From Escherichia phage vB_EcoM_G2494: a DNA stretch of 64,000 nt. The position numbers were made by a program, and so were the translations under genes. The stretch lies in sequence record MK327935.1; one strand, written 5' to 3'. Under the pieces are notes generated by a model that was given only the letters and a program-made list of their open reading frames with translations, did no database searches and was not told where the DNA came from. Below, piece by piece: positions 34,557 to 42,459 of the stretch. Positions within the stretch are counted from its first letter, which is position 1. Each line of letters begins with the position of its first letter.

Positions 34557-35055
34557 TATCAATACCCTTCAAATCAGTCAATAATGCTTTTGGAATACGC
34601 GTGATCGTAATATCTGCATTATTCAGAATATCAGCCCAATCACGCCCACCATTTCGATCATATGTGTCGCAATAGTATAAATGTTTAATTCCACTGTTTG
34701 CAATTGCTTTAGCGCAATCTGGACACGGTGAAGCAGTACACCACATACTAGCGCCTTCAATCGATACACCGCTACGGGCAGCAAACAAAATAGCATTTAA
34801 TTCAGCGTGGATCTCGTTTTTCTGTGACCATGCACTATGCTCTGGTCGTTTTTCTGGGATCATTTTTCCTTCATCATCCAGCCAACCGCTTTTATGTGCA
34901 TGACAGCTACAGTTTTCTTGTCCTGCTGGAGTGCCGTTAAATCCAGTAGAAATGATTCGCCCGTCTTTTTCGATCAGTGCGCCTACCTTCCACGAAACGC
35001 ATTTAGAGTTCTTTGCGATTAGATAGGCGATCTGCATGTAAGTTTGTGACAACAT
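34549..35055 (-). CDS. cd: dCMP deaminase
   Basis: HAELNAI and PCPDCAKAI zinc-binding motifs. Confidence 0.88.
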   Translation of the reverse strand: MLSQTYMQIAYLIAKNSKCVSWKVGALIEKDGRIISTGFNGTPAGQENCSCHAHKSGWLDDEGKMIPEKRPEHSAWSQKNEIHAELNAILFAARSGVSIEGASMWCTASPCPDCAKAIANSGIKHLYYCDTYDRNGGRDWADILNNADITITRIPKALLTDLKGIDND

Positions 35056-35076
35056 AATATAATCCTCACATATTAA

Positions 35077-35280
35077 TTAACCGTATACGCGAAAGTATTC
35101 TACTGATCCGTCGCTATACTGTTTTACATTGAATGTATTCACACCATGATCATTGCTCATAATGACATACACACTGCGACGCTCATCACTAAACGGGTTA
35201 ACTGGTGCGGGTTCAATTTCAACATTAAAACCACGTTTAGCAAGTGCTTCGCCTAATTGCTTGAGTTTATCGGTAAACAT
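35077..35280 (-). CDS. hypothetical protein (67 aa)
   Basis: ATG start, ORF between cd and pseT. Confidence 0.5.
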   Translation of the reverse strand: MFTDKLKQLGEALAKRGFNVEIEPAPVNPFSDERRSVYVIMSNDHGVNTFNVKQYSDGSVEYFRVYG

Positions 35281-36158
35281 TAAAAGTCTCCGTAGTTAAC
35301 CTGAAAACATTCTACACCAATTGAGCGGTACATGTCAACCACTTGATCACGGTCATCTACTGCCAACACAACATGATAACGCGGTGCAATTTCAGAGAAG
35401 AAAATCTCTTTCTTCACTTCATGATCAGGACGACGATCATTAGTTTCACGTTGAAAGTGATCGCTAGGTTCAATACCCTGTTCACGCAACCATTGCAGAG
35501 TATCTTCTTCGCAAACATCCTCACGCCCTGAGCATGTAATGATACGATAACCATTATCACGATACAGTTTAAGCATTTCGATCACTTGCGGACGCGGTTT
35601 ATCTTCTTTGACCTTTGTCCAGTCAAACGGATGACGACCGCCCTTATCCGCTAATGTTCCATCAATATCAAAGATCACTGCCTTCGGCAGCATGGTATTC
35701 GGTTTGTATACTTCTTGACCCATATATTCCTGCATCAGATAAAATTGGTTACGCAAATGAGAAAGTGGAATTGCTTTCTCGCCTCGATAGAAATTACGTT
35801 TCTTTAGTGTCTCAAATGATTCATTGAACACTTGTTCAGTATACACCGCGTTAAATTCTTTTGCAAGTTCTTTGTAGAATACACGATGTTTTTCTTTCAG
35901 GTTAGTATCAGAGATAATGATACTTAATCCGCGTGATAGAGTCTCACGAGCAATCATTCTCTGAATAGACTCTACCAGCTTTTCTTTTTCCTTAGTATAC
36001 TTGTATTTCAAATGTGAGTCAACACCAAACAACATAAGACGAAGATCATCACGATTCACATTACGATAATTACTAAACCGGTTACATGTTTCCATAGCCC
36101 ATGTAGTTTTACCAGACCTAGAACAACCAACGGTTAAAATCACTTCACATTTCGGCAT
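35280..36158 (-). CDS. pseT: polynucleotide 5'-kinase / 3'-phosphatase
   Basis: GCSRSGKTT P-loop, DIDGTL HAD motif, C-terminal similarity to T4 Pnk; ATG at 36158 with GGAG SD. Confidence 0.9.
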   Translation of the reverse strand: MPKCEVILTVGCSRSGKTTWAMETCNRFSNYRNVNRDDLRLMLFGVDSHLKYKYTKEKEKLVESIQRMIARETLSRGLSIIISDTNLKEKHRVFYKELAKEFNAVYTEQVFNESFETLKKRNFYRGEKAIPLSHLRNQFYLMQEYMGQEVYKPNTMLPKAVIFDIDGTLADKGGRHPFDWTKVKEDKPRPQVIEMLKLYRDNGYRIITCSGREDVCEEDTLQWLREQGIEPSDHFQRETNDRRPDHEVKKEIFFSEIAPRYHVVLAVDDRDQVVDMYRSIGVECFQVNYGDF

Positions 36159-36613
36159 TATTTCTCCTTCGGTTTGCACCGTTCCTCATTAAGTTCTTTT
36201 CGATAATAACACATGATCAACTTACTTTCAAGTGTATATCTCTTAATATCCGCAAGCCAGACTCTGAATTTTTGGGAGTCCTCCCACGACATAGAAACTC
36301 TAGGTTTACCGTCTATTGTATCCACTTTCAGGTCAATGTCAACTTTTTCTATTGGTGCTGGTAGTTGAGGATGTAATTTCGGTTCCTGTGAATACTGGTC
36401 CATTGTACACGAAGAAAGAGCAAATACAATAGGCACAGCGAAGACATGGATTATGGCGGTCTGAAAATTCTTATGTGCTTTCTTAAACATCCGGTGTATC
36501 ACGAAAATTGAAAACACCATCAGGATAATAATAATGCTTGCCCCTATCCCCAGATAATCAACCAGATTAAAATTGCTTATCTGCTCTTGCGTAGGCAATA
36601 TTTCTATGCTCAT
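36158..36613 (-). CDS. membrane/lipoprotein-like protein, putative o-spanin (start ambiguous)
   Basis: Strong AAAGGAGG SD at 36613; internal signal-peptide-like segment with lipobox LSSC after Met42; downstream of i-spanin. Confidence 0.4.
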   Translation of the reverse strand: MSIEILPTQEQISNFNLVDYLGIGASIIIILMVFSIFVIHRMFKKAHKNFQTAIIHVFAVPIVFALSSCTMDQYSQEPKLHPQLPAPIEKVDIDLKVDTIDGKPRVSMSWEDSQKFRVWLADIKRYTLESKLIMCYYRKELNEERCKPKEK

Positions 36614-36933
36614 TTAGTAGCCTCCTTTAATTCTTCGGTAAACTCCTTAAATGAATCATTAAGCTGTTTCTCTACCAACTTGGGTTTTTGTGCTACTACA
36701 TAGCCTCGTGTAGCGTCTTTCATTGCTTTGTTTTGTTCTTCTGCAAACTTAGTTCTTATTCCGTACATCTCCTTTTGTAGTGAGTCTACGACCTTCATCT
36801 TTTCATCGGTCTTTTTCTTATACTCTGTAAATTCCCGATTCAGTCGATCTACCTCCTTTTTATTTTCCCACCACATATTGCCACCTACCCCTAGCAACAC
36901 AGAGATGATAACAATGTATATCAGCTTTGACAT
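36610..36933 (-). CDS. i-spanin (N-terminal TM, periplasmic coiled-coil)
   Basis: MSKLIYIVIISVLLGVGG TM then charged coiled-coil; position as T4 pseT.3. Confidence 0.6.
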   Translation of the reverse strand: MSKLIYIVIISVLLGVGGNMWWENKKEVDRLNREFTEYKKKTDEKMKVVDSLQKEMYGIRTKFAEEQNKAMKDATRGYVVAQKPKLVEKQLNDSFKEFTEELKEATK

Positions 36934-36977
36934 ATTACCCCCAACGACAAAAGGCGGGGAACTAGCCCCGCTTATTA

Positions 36978-38147
36978 TTACCAATCAATCTTATCAGCCG
37001 GAATCAGTTTCTTATAATTCCGTAGATAGTAAGTTTTCATTGAATCCAGAATACGGTCATAATCAAGACCATCAAATGCAATCATCAGACACATGAAAAT
37101 ATATGCTTGTGCATCACCATGTTTACGTGATTCGATAGTCGCATTTGATGCATATGTCTTTCTGTCTTCTCCCGCGTGTGCGTTATAAAATTCTGTTGCT
37201 GTAGTGAAGGCATTGCGAAGAATAGACCTGAATGCTTCCTCGAATAACTCGATTCGTTCCAGTGCTTCCGGTTCGCCTTCATATGCAGCACGCAAATCAT
37301 CGGTTTCGCTTTCTACGACATAGTAGATCAGGTTATTAGGAAACATCGATGTGTTTTTAATGTTATGCACACCAATATACCATTCACTCTTCACTTTGAA
37401 CATTTGACCGTCTTTAGTGCGTGCAACAATTCCTTCGATACCTTCTGCGGTCCGAACTTCATCAAGAATATTGCTAAAATGCGCTGAATCAACCTGTAAC
37501 GCATTTACCAGATGAGGACGTAGGATTGCGTCAGCAAATAGCATTTGATGCGGTACGTACTCTCCTGTGACGTTATGGCGTACATTCAGAAGTGTTAGCG
37601 ACGGTTCAGAATATTCTACAACAATTCGGTTGCTGGGTGCTGTATATTCAAAGTTGAAAGTATAATCAGACCCAATATCAGCAATCTTAGCGCGTAGATC
37701 CGCATACTTCTCTGAATACAGAAGACCGTTTGCTCTCTCTGCCTGGCTTGAGTACAAGGCCGCTTTAGACTTCAACTGAACATAGCCGTTATCAATGTAG
37801 GTGCTTACTAGACTACCGTCCATTTTGTCCATGACCATTTCCACATCTTCCGGCTTAAAGCGAGCGCGATCATTCTCACCCAAATTAAAAAACTTCTCCA
37901 TAGGACGAGATGCGATGCGGACCGGACGACCTTTATCGTCAATTTCAAACATGATCCCGCGACACTCTAACGCATCTGGTTTATTCCACATTTCCGGTTT
38001 GCTCAAGTACAGATAGCTAAAAATGCGCATACGGGTTTGCATCGCCGTAATTTCATCTTTGTAATAGAACGTATCAGATCCGTCACACAGTGCCATCAGA
38101 TTTTTGAACAATGCTAAAACTTTTTTGTTGTTTTCTTTTGTTGACAT
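36978..38147 (-). CDS. rnlA: RNA ligase 1
   Basis: DKMDGSLV KxDG motif, IFSYLY, ALECRGIMFE match T4 Rnl1. Confidence 0.9.
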   Translation of the reverse strand: MSTKENNKKVLALFKNLMALCDGSDTFYYKDEITAMQTRMRIFSYLYLSKPEMWNKPDALECRGIMFEIDDKGRPVRIASRPMEKFFNLGENDRARFKPEDVEMVMDKMDGSLVSTYIDNGYVQLKSKAALYSSQAERANGLLYSEKYADLRAKIADIGSDYTFNFEYTAPSNRIVVEYSEPSLTLLNVRHNVTGEYVPHQMLFADAILRPHLVNALQVDSAHFSNILDEVRTAEGIEGIVARTKDGQMFKVKSEWYIGVHNIKNTSMFPNNLIYYVVESETDDLRAAYEGEPEALERIELFEEAFRSILRNAFTTATEFYNAHAGEDRKTYASNATIESRKHGDAQAYIFMCLMIAFDGLDYDRILDSMKTYYLRNYKKLIPADKIDW

Positions 38148-38544
38148 AATTTGTGTTCCATTCTGGTTTAAATTTGGTGATCAAAACAGGTTCTTCGATA
38201 TCGGCAGTGCTTATAATATCCTTACCCGTTGGATTCTCGATGTACAACTCAAAACACTGGCGGTAATAGAATGTTACTGTCTTACCTTCCTCTAGCGCCT
38301 TATGAATATTCTTACTCTTGCGAGTATCCGCTGTTGGTGTTTGTCTGTTAATGCTGGTCCGGTAATAATTGATCCGCTTTCTGAGATTGACAGTCTGACC
38401 AATGTATACCAGTTCATCATCAACCACAATAGCATAAAGAACATTTAAACGGTTCTTCTGAGGAGGTAGAATCACATCACCATCTTTACACTCTAAACAT
38501 GAATATTTAACGAATCCATAGTTTTCTATTAGCTCATTAATCAT
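38083..38544 (-). CDS. denA: endonuclease II (GIY-YIG family)
   Basis: VLYAIVVDDELVYIGQTVNLRKRINYYRTSINR closely matches T4 DenA. Confidence 0.88.
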   Translation of the reverse strand: MINELIENYGFVKYSCLECKDGDVILPPQKNRLNVLYAIVVDDELVYIGQTVNLRKRINYYRTSINRQTPTADTRKSKNIHKALEEGKTVTFYYRQCFELYIENPTGKDIISTADIEEPVLITKFKPEWNTNYVNKRKQQKSFSIVQKSDGTV

Positions 38545-38561
38545 TATCCTTTCCTCACGTC

Positions 38562-38587
38562 ACAACAAAGGCGGGATTTCTCCCGCC
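38562..38587 (-). terminator. hairpin terminator-like element (minus strand)
   Basis: ggcgggatttctcccgcc hairpin with T-rich tail on minus strand. Confidence 0.45.
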
Positions 38588-38594
38588 CACCTTA

Positions 38595-38993
38595 TTAACT
38601 TTCCAGAATATCGCGAGCTTCGTTACGCTCCTTGATGATTTTCAGGACAAATTCCAGTTTTTCTTTGTTTAGTGTTCCGTTTTCCATTGCTTCTTTGACG
38701 GTAAACACTCCGCCACCTTGCCCGTATACAGTGACAGTGATTTCACCTAACATCGTGGTATGAAAACCTCCAATTTTCGGTGATTCGAAAGAAACAATTA
38801 CCTCGCGGACAGTATTACCGTCGTTGATTTCTGAGAGGGTAATGTCGTTTTTGTAGGCGGTTGCTTTAACCATACGGATCAGCATAGTCTGATCTGGGGA
38901 GATGGTCATTTTGTCCATTGCATGTTGCAATGCAGCGTAACCGAAAACTTTAACGAAGTCCAGAACATCTTTGCGAGTTTGAAATTTAATCAT
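38595..38993 (-). CDS. hypothetical protein (132 aa)
   Basis: ATG with AAGGAG SD behind promoter 39035-39063. Confidence 0.55.
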   Translation of the reverse strand: MIKFQTRKDVLDFVKVFGYAALQHAMDKMTISPDQTMLIRMVKATAYKNDITLSEINDGNTVREVIVSFESPKIGGFHTTMLGEITVTVYGQGGGVFTVKEAMENGTLNKEKLEFVLKIIKERNEARDILES

Positions 38994-39034
38994 CTTGATA
39001 CTCCTTAGTAAGTTAGTTTCGTTTCGATGGGGGT

Positions 39035-39063
39035 ATATTACTACCCCCGTTTCATGCTGTCAA
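39035..39063 (-). promoter_or_regulatory. early promoter TTGACA-17-TAATAT with stem-loop GGGGGTAGTAATATACCCCC over the -10
   Basis: Read on minus strand. Confidence 0.55.
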
Positions 39064-39282
39064 CTACTTTTTAATGACAAGTTCGAATTTTGCTACCTTG
39101 CGTCCTCGTTTATTGAAAGCAACCCACGGACGGTTTTCAATGTAGAACAATTCTTCGCCAATAATGAATACTGGCTGATTGTAAAGGCGACCCATCAGGT
39201 CACGCTGGCGAATGGTAGTAGATTCGTATACTTCGCCTACTACAAAGTGCTTGCTGATAGAGTCGGTGCAAGTAAATTTCAT
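39064..39282 (-). CDS. hypothetical protein (72 aa)
   Basis: ATG start behind promoter 39316-39344. Confidence 0.5.
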   Translation of the reverse strand: MKFTCTDSISKHFVVGEVYESTTIRQRDLMGRLYNQPVFIIGEELFYIENRPWVAFNKRGRKVAKFELVIKK

Positions 39283-39315
39283 TTTGATTCTCCTTTGTTT
39301 CGTTTCGATGGGGGT

Positions 39316-39344
39316 ATATTACTACCCCCGTTATTCAGTGTCAA
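39316..39344 (-). promoter_or_regulatory. early promoter TTGACA-17-TAATAT with stem-loop
   Basis: Near-duplicate of 39035-39063. Confidence 0.55.
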
Positions 39345-39351
39345 CTACTTT

Positions 39352-39570
39352 TTACTTGTTGTATTCATTCCACCATTGGGTTAGCTTATCAATTATTTTT
39401 GTGTTTCTATCCAACTTCTCCCACCGTTTTCTAGGGTTTATCAACCGGAATAGGTAAGGTGTACTTGTTAAGTGGACTCGGTCAATGCAGTGATTGATGT
39501 ACTGCTTTTCAATTCTAAGTTTCATCTTTTTACGATGAAAATATGCAATGACTTGTTCTTCTGTTTCCAT
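39352..39570 (-). CDS. hypothetical protein (72 aa)
   Basis: ATG with GGAGGAACAT SD. Confidence 0.5.
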   Translation of the reverse strand: METEEQVIAYFHRKKMKLRIEKQYINHCIDRVHLTSTPYLFRLINPRKRWEKLDRNTKIIDKLTQWWNEYNK

Positions 39571-39594
39571 ATGTTCCTCCGTTTAGATGTGCGT

Positions 39595-39623
39595 ATTATG
39601 CTATGGCAAGATCAGATTGTCAA
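39595..39623 (-). promoter_or_regulatory. early promoter TTGACA-17-CATAAT
   Basis: Read on minus strand. Confidence 0.55.
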
Positions 39624-39634
39624 CACCCAATAAC

Positions 39635-39659
39635 AAAAAAGTCGCCACTATGGGCGACT
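39635..39659 (-). terminator. rho-independent terminator (minus strand)
   Basis: gtcgcc-actatg-ggcgac hairpin followed by T-run on minus strand. Confidence 0.6.
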
Positions 39660-39670
39660 TTGAACAAACA

Positions 39671-40147
39671 TTAATCATGACCGTGATTTGCAATATCCGC
39701 TCGCGTCTTATCTTTGTGATTTCCTACGTCAAAGACACGATAACCATTTTCACGCAAAACTTTAATCACTTCTGGGTTATCCTCAAAGACTCCGACAACT
39801 TCATCCTTATCAAAGGATTTAATTACCTCTAATTTGATGTGATAGTCTTTACGGGAATCGGTACGGCCTCTCATAAAGATTTTATCAAAACACACCCCGT
39901 TAGAAATTAACCAATCAATTGTTTCCATGTAAGCATGTGAACTTCGTCCGGTGAGGATGTAAATCAAATGCCCGTTGTCGGAAAGAGCATTAATAACACG
40001 AATTACATCGTAAATGGGGGAATCTCCCCCACATGCCTTGTTATATTCGATCCATGACTCGACTTTATCAAGATTTTCGGTTGGCATCTTTGCTAGTCGA
40101 TGTGTTGGATCTGTAATCGTAAAATCTAAATCGACAAAATATATCAT
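39671..40147 (-). CDS. HAD-superfamily phosphatase-like protein (resembles Pnk phosphatase domain)
   Basis: VDLDFT (DxDxT), ILTGRS, FEDNPEVIKVLRENGYRVFDVG parallel the Pnk C-terminal domain motifs. Confidence 0.5.
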   Translation of the reverse strand: MIYFVDLDFTITDPTHRLAKMPTENLDKVESWIEYNKACGGDSPIYDVIRVINALSDNGHLIYILTGRSSHAYMETIDWLISNGVCFDKIFMRGRTDSRKDYHIKLEVIKSFDKDEVVGVFEDNPEVIKVLRENGYRVFDVGNHKDKTRADIANHGHD

Positions 40148-41331
40148 AGATATTTCCCGAATCGGTTGTAGTCATCGTCTGTTAAATCGGTATTAACCTG
40201 AGATACCAGATACATGATCTCTACTTCTTGCGCCGCGTTTTGAACTTCGTCAGAGTTTAACCACTTACGCATCCACGGTAAAGGATGACGACGAACACTA
40301 AACGGGCTTTTCAGTCCGGCAGCACGCATACGGGAATCTGCCAGGTATTCTACATAGGTTTTCAGAATTTCCGGTGACAGGTTAGGAATTGCCCCCATTG
40401 CGAATAGGTGGTCTACCCATTCTTTTTCTTGCTCGACAACATCCAGAAAGATTTTCGTTGCTTCGCCTTCAAGTTCTTCCGCAATCTGTTTCCACTCATC
40501 ACCATCAACCCCAGTTTGCCATTGACGAATAATGTATTGTGTGCCTTTTAAGTGAAGTTGTTCATCACGCGCAATAAATTTCATGATCTTCGCGTTACCT
40601 TCCAGTAAACCACGTTCGGCAAAGCTGAAAGTACATGCAAAGGACACATAAAAACGGATTGCTTCCAGTGCATTTACGCAGTGTGCACACAGATAAATCG
40701 AAGCCATCAGATCTCGTTTTGTGTCTTCAAAAAATCTTCTTGCATCATCTAATTCTGTCTGATCGTCTCGTTCTTCCCAATAGTGGTGGAGAACTTCTTC
40801 TTCCCAATAGCGGAGATCTTCTTTTGCATTCTCATACTTACGAATCCAATAGAGAACATCATCATAATATTTCCCGATAGATTCCGCTCGCTTCATGATA
40901 GAAGGGTTATCGATGATCTGGTCGAACTCACTAGCAGGATCAATAAAACAGTTACGCATAATGTGTGTATAGCTTCTGCTATGAATCGTTTCGCTGAATG
41001 TCCATGTTTGCAACCATGTATCGAGAGTTGGATCAGATACAATTGGACCAAATACACGGGCTGGCGCTCTGCCTTGAATCGAATCTAGCAAAGTTTGATA
41101 ACGTAAGTTCTCGGTGAAGAAACGCTTTTCAACATCGCTCATATTCAGATATTGAATGCGGTCAGTTGCAAGTGAAATCTCTTCTGGACGCCAGAAAAAT
41201 GACAACTGCTTCTCGATCAACTCTTCAAATACTTGATGACGCTGAATATCATAACGGGCAATCCCTAAATCACTACCAAAAAACATCGGTTCGGTCATAA
41301 TATCAACATGTTCACGATTAAATACGCTCAT
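40144..41331 (-). CDS. nrdB: ribonucleotide reductase small subunit NrdB
   Basis: RNR beta diiron motifs; ATG at 41331 (track start GTG). Confidence 0.92.
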   Translation of the reverse strand: MSVFNREHVDIMTEPMFFGSDLGIARYDIQRHQVFEELIEKQLSFFWRPEEISLATDRIQYLNMSDVEKRFFTENLRYQTLLDSIQGRAPARVFGPIVSDPTLDTWLQTWTFSETIHSRSYTHIMRNCFIDPASEFDQIIDNPSIMKRAESIGKYYDDVLYWIRKYENAKEDLRYWEEEVLHHYWEERDDQTELDDARRFFEDTKRDLMASIYLCAHCVNALEAIRFYVSFACTFSFAERGLLEGNAKIMKFIARDEQLHLKGTQYIIRQWQTGVDGDEWKQIAEELEGEATKIFLDVVEQEKEWVDHLFAMGAIPNLSPEILKTYVEYLADSRMRAAGLKSPFSVRRHPLPWMRKWLNSDEVQNAAQEVEIMYLVSQVNTDLTDDDYNRFGKYL

Positions 41332-41333
41332 CA

Positions 41334-41873
41334 CTATTCTCCATCAATTTTGTTTATATTGTAGCCCATGTTGCCTTTTTCTATTTCTCTCAACGCAACT
41401 GAATTAAACGCTCTTGCCGCATCTTGTTCGCTATCAAATCTCCCTATATGAACACTCTTTCCTTGTATATTAATATGAACTAGCCATCTATTTGTGTACT
41501 TACACCAACTTACCCCGTTATATTTTGATGATGCACCTTTAAATTTAGTTCTGTTTCTATTATTGACAGAATAATCAGTACCTCGTAAATTTTCTATATG
41601 ATTGTTCAGCTTGTTTCGGTCGATGTGATCTATAACTTTAGGCTTATGCCCGTGAAACATATGATAAATCACATGATGTATTAACTTCTTTCTATTGTCT
41701 ACTGTTAGTTGAAGATATCCCCCATTATGTGGACTTCCAACCTCATCACCAACTTTAACTTTATTGCTTGTTGAAACCTTTCTGAAAAGTTTACCATCTT
41801 CGTATTTAAATAGATAATGATACCTTTCGTAAAGTATTCGGTCCTCTTCCGTATAATGTATTACCTCATACAT
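41334..41873 (-). CDS. HNH-AP2 homing endonuclease (mobE-like position between nrdA and nrdB)
   Basis: IDHIDRNKLNNHIENLR HNH motif plus AP2-like YNGVSW ... GRFDSEQDAARAFN. Confidence 0.7.
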   Translation of the reverse strand: MYEVIHYTEEDRILYERYHYLFKYEDGKLFRKVSTSNKVKVGDEVGSPHNGGYLQLTVDNRKKLIHHVIYHMFHGHKPKVIDHIDRNKLNNHIENLRGTDYSVNNRNRTKFKGASSKYNGVSWCKYTNRWLVHINIQGKSVHIGRFDSEQDAARAFNSVALREIEKGNMGYNINKIDGE

Positions 41874-41883
41874 AATATTTTAC

Positions 41884-42051
41884 TCACTTTTTAACACAAA
41901 ATAACTTAGTATTTCTGTTTACTTCGCTATCCCGCTGCAATTCCTGCACAGCTTCAAAACAATTTTGATATGATGAAAACTCTACGCTGGTAACAGTTCC
42001 TTTATTATATACGCCTACGCTAACGGAAAGCAATAACCATAATGTAGCCAT
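41884..42051 (-). CDS. small hydrophobic-N-terminus protein (55 aa), tandem paralog 1
   Basis: Hand-translated MATLWLLLSVSV ...; paralog of 42051-42224. Confidence 0.4.
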   Translation of the reverse strand: MATLWLLLSVSVGVYNKGTVTSVEFSSYQNCFEAVQELQRDSEVNRNTKLFCVKK

Positions 42052-42224
42052 TAGTTCACCTTTTGTTTTTCAACGCAATATAGATTCATAAAGCGTTTAT
42101 TGTCTTCGCTGATAATCTCGCGAGCTTTAACGCAATCCTGCTTTGTTGCAAACTCAATGCTTGACATATTTCCGTAATTATACATTGAATTGCTTATTGC
42201 AATCAATAACCATACAGTAGCCAT
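42051..42224 (-). CDS. small hydrophobic-N-terminus protein (57 aa), tandem paralog 2
   Basis: Hand-translated MATVWLLIAISN ... Confidence 0.4.
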   Translation of the reverse strand: MATVWLLIAISNSMYNYGNMSSIEFATKQDCVKAREIISEDNKRFMNLYCVEKQKVN

Positions 42225-42391
42225 TATCCGACAACCTCAAAACATTTATCATCAGGAAGAATCGCCCATTCTACACCGTATTCATCCTCGACGTAGTAGC
42301 AAGTCCCATCATGTCGAGCATCATATTCATCACCAACAACAAAGCTATCAGCTAGTTCAAAATCTACAGCAACACATTTTAATTTGGTCAT
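42224..42391 (-). CDS. hypothetical protein (55 aa from ATG at 42391)
   Basis: GTGAGGA SD; ORF-track N-terminal extension covers the promoter. Confidence 0.45.
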   Translation of the reverse strand: MTKLKCVAVDFELADSFVVGDEYDARHDGTCYYVEDEYGVEWAILPDDKCFEVVG

Positions 42392-42422
42392 AATAAAATC
42401 CTCACTTGTTTTTGATGGTTGT

Positions 42423-42451
42423 ATTATAGCGGGGATTTCTCCCCGCGTCAA
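42423..42451 (-). promoter_or_regulatory. early promoter TTGACG-17-TATAAT with palindromic spacer GCGGGGAGAAATCCCCGC
   Basis: Read on minus strand. Confidence 0.55.
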
Positions 42452-42459
42452 CACTTATT

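Noticed and set aside
40144-41331. Intron in nrdB as in T4
   Set aside because: nrdB reads as a single uninterrupted 395-codon frame; the adjacent HNH gene is free-standing.
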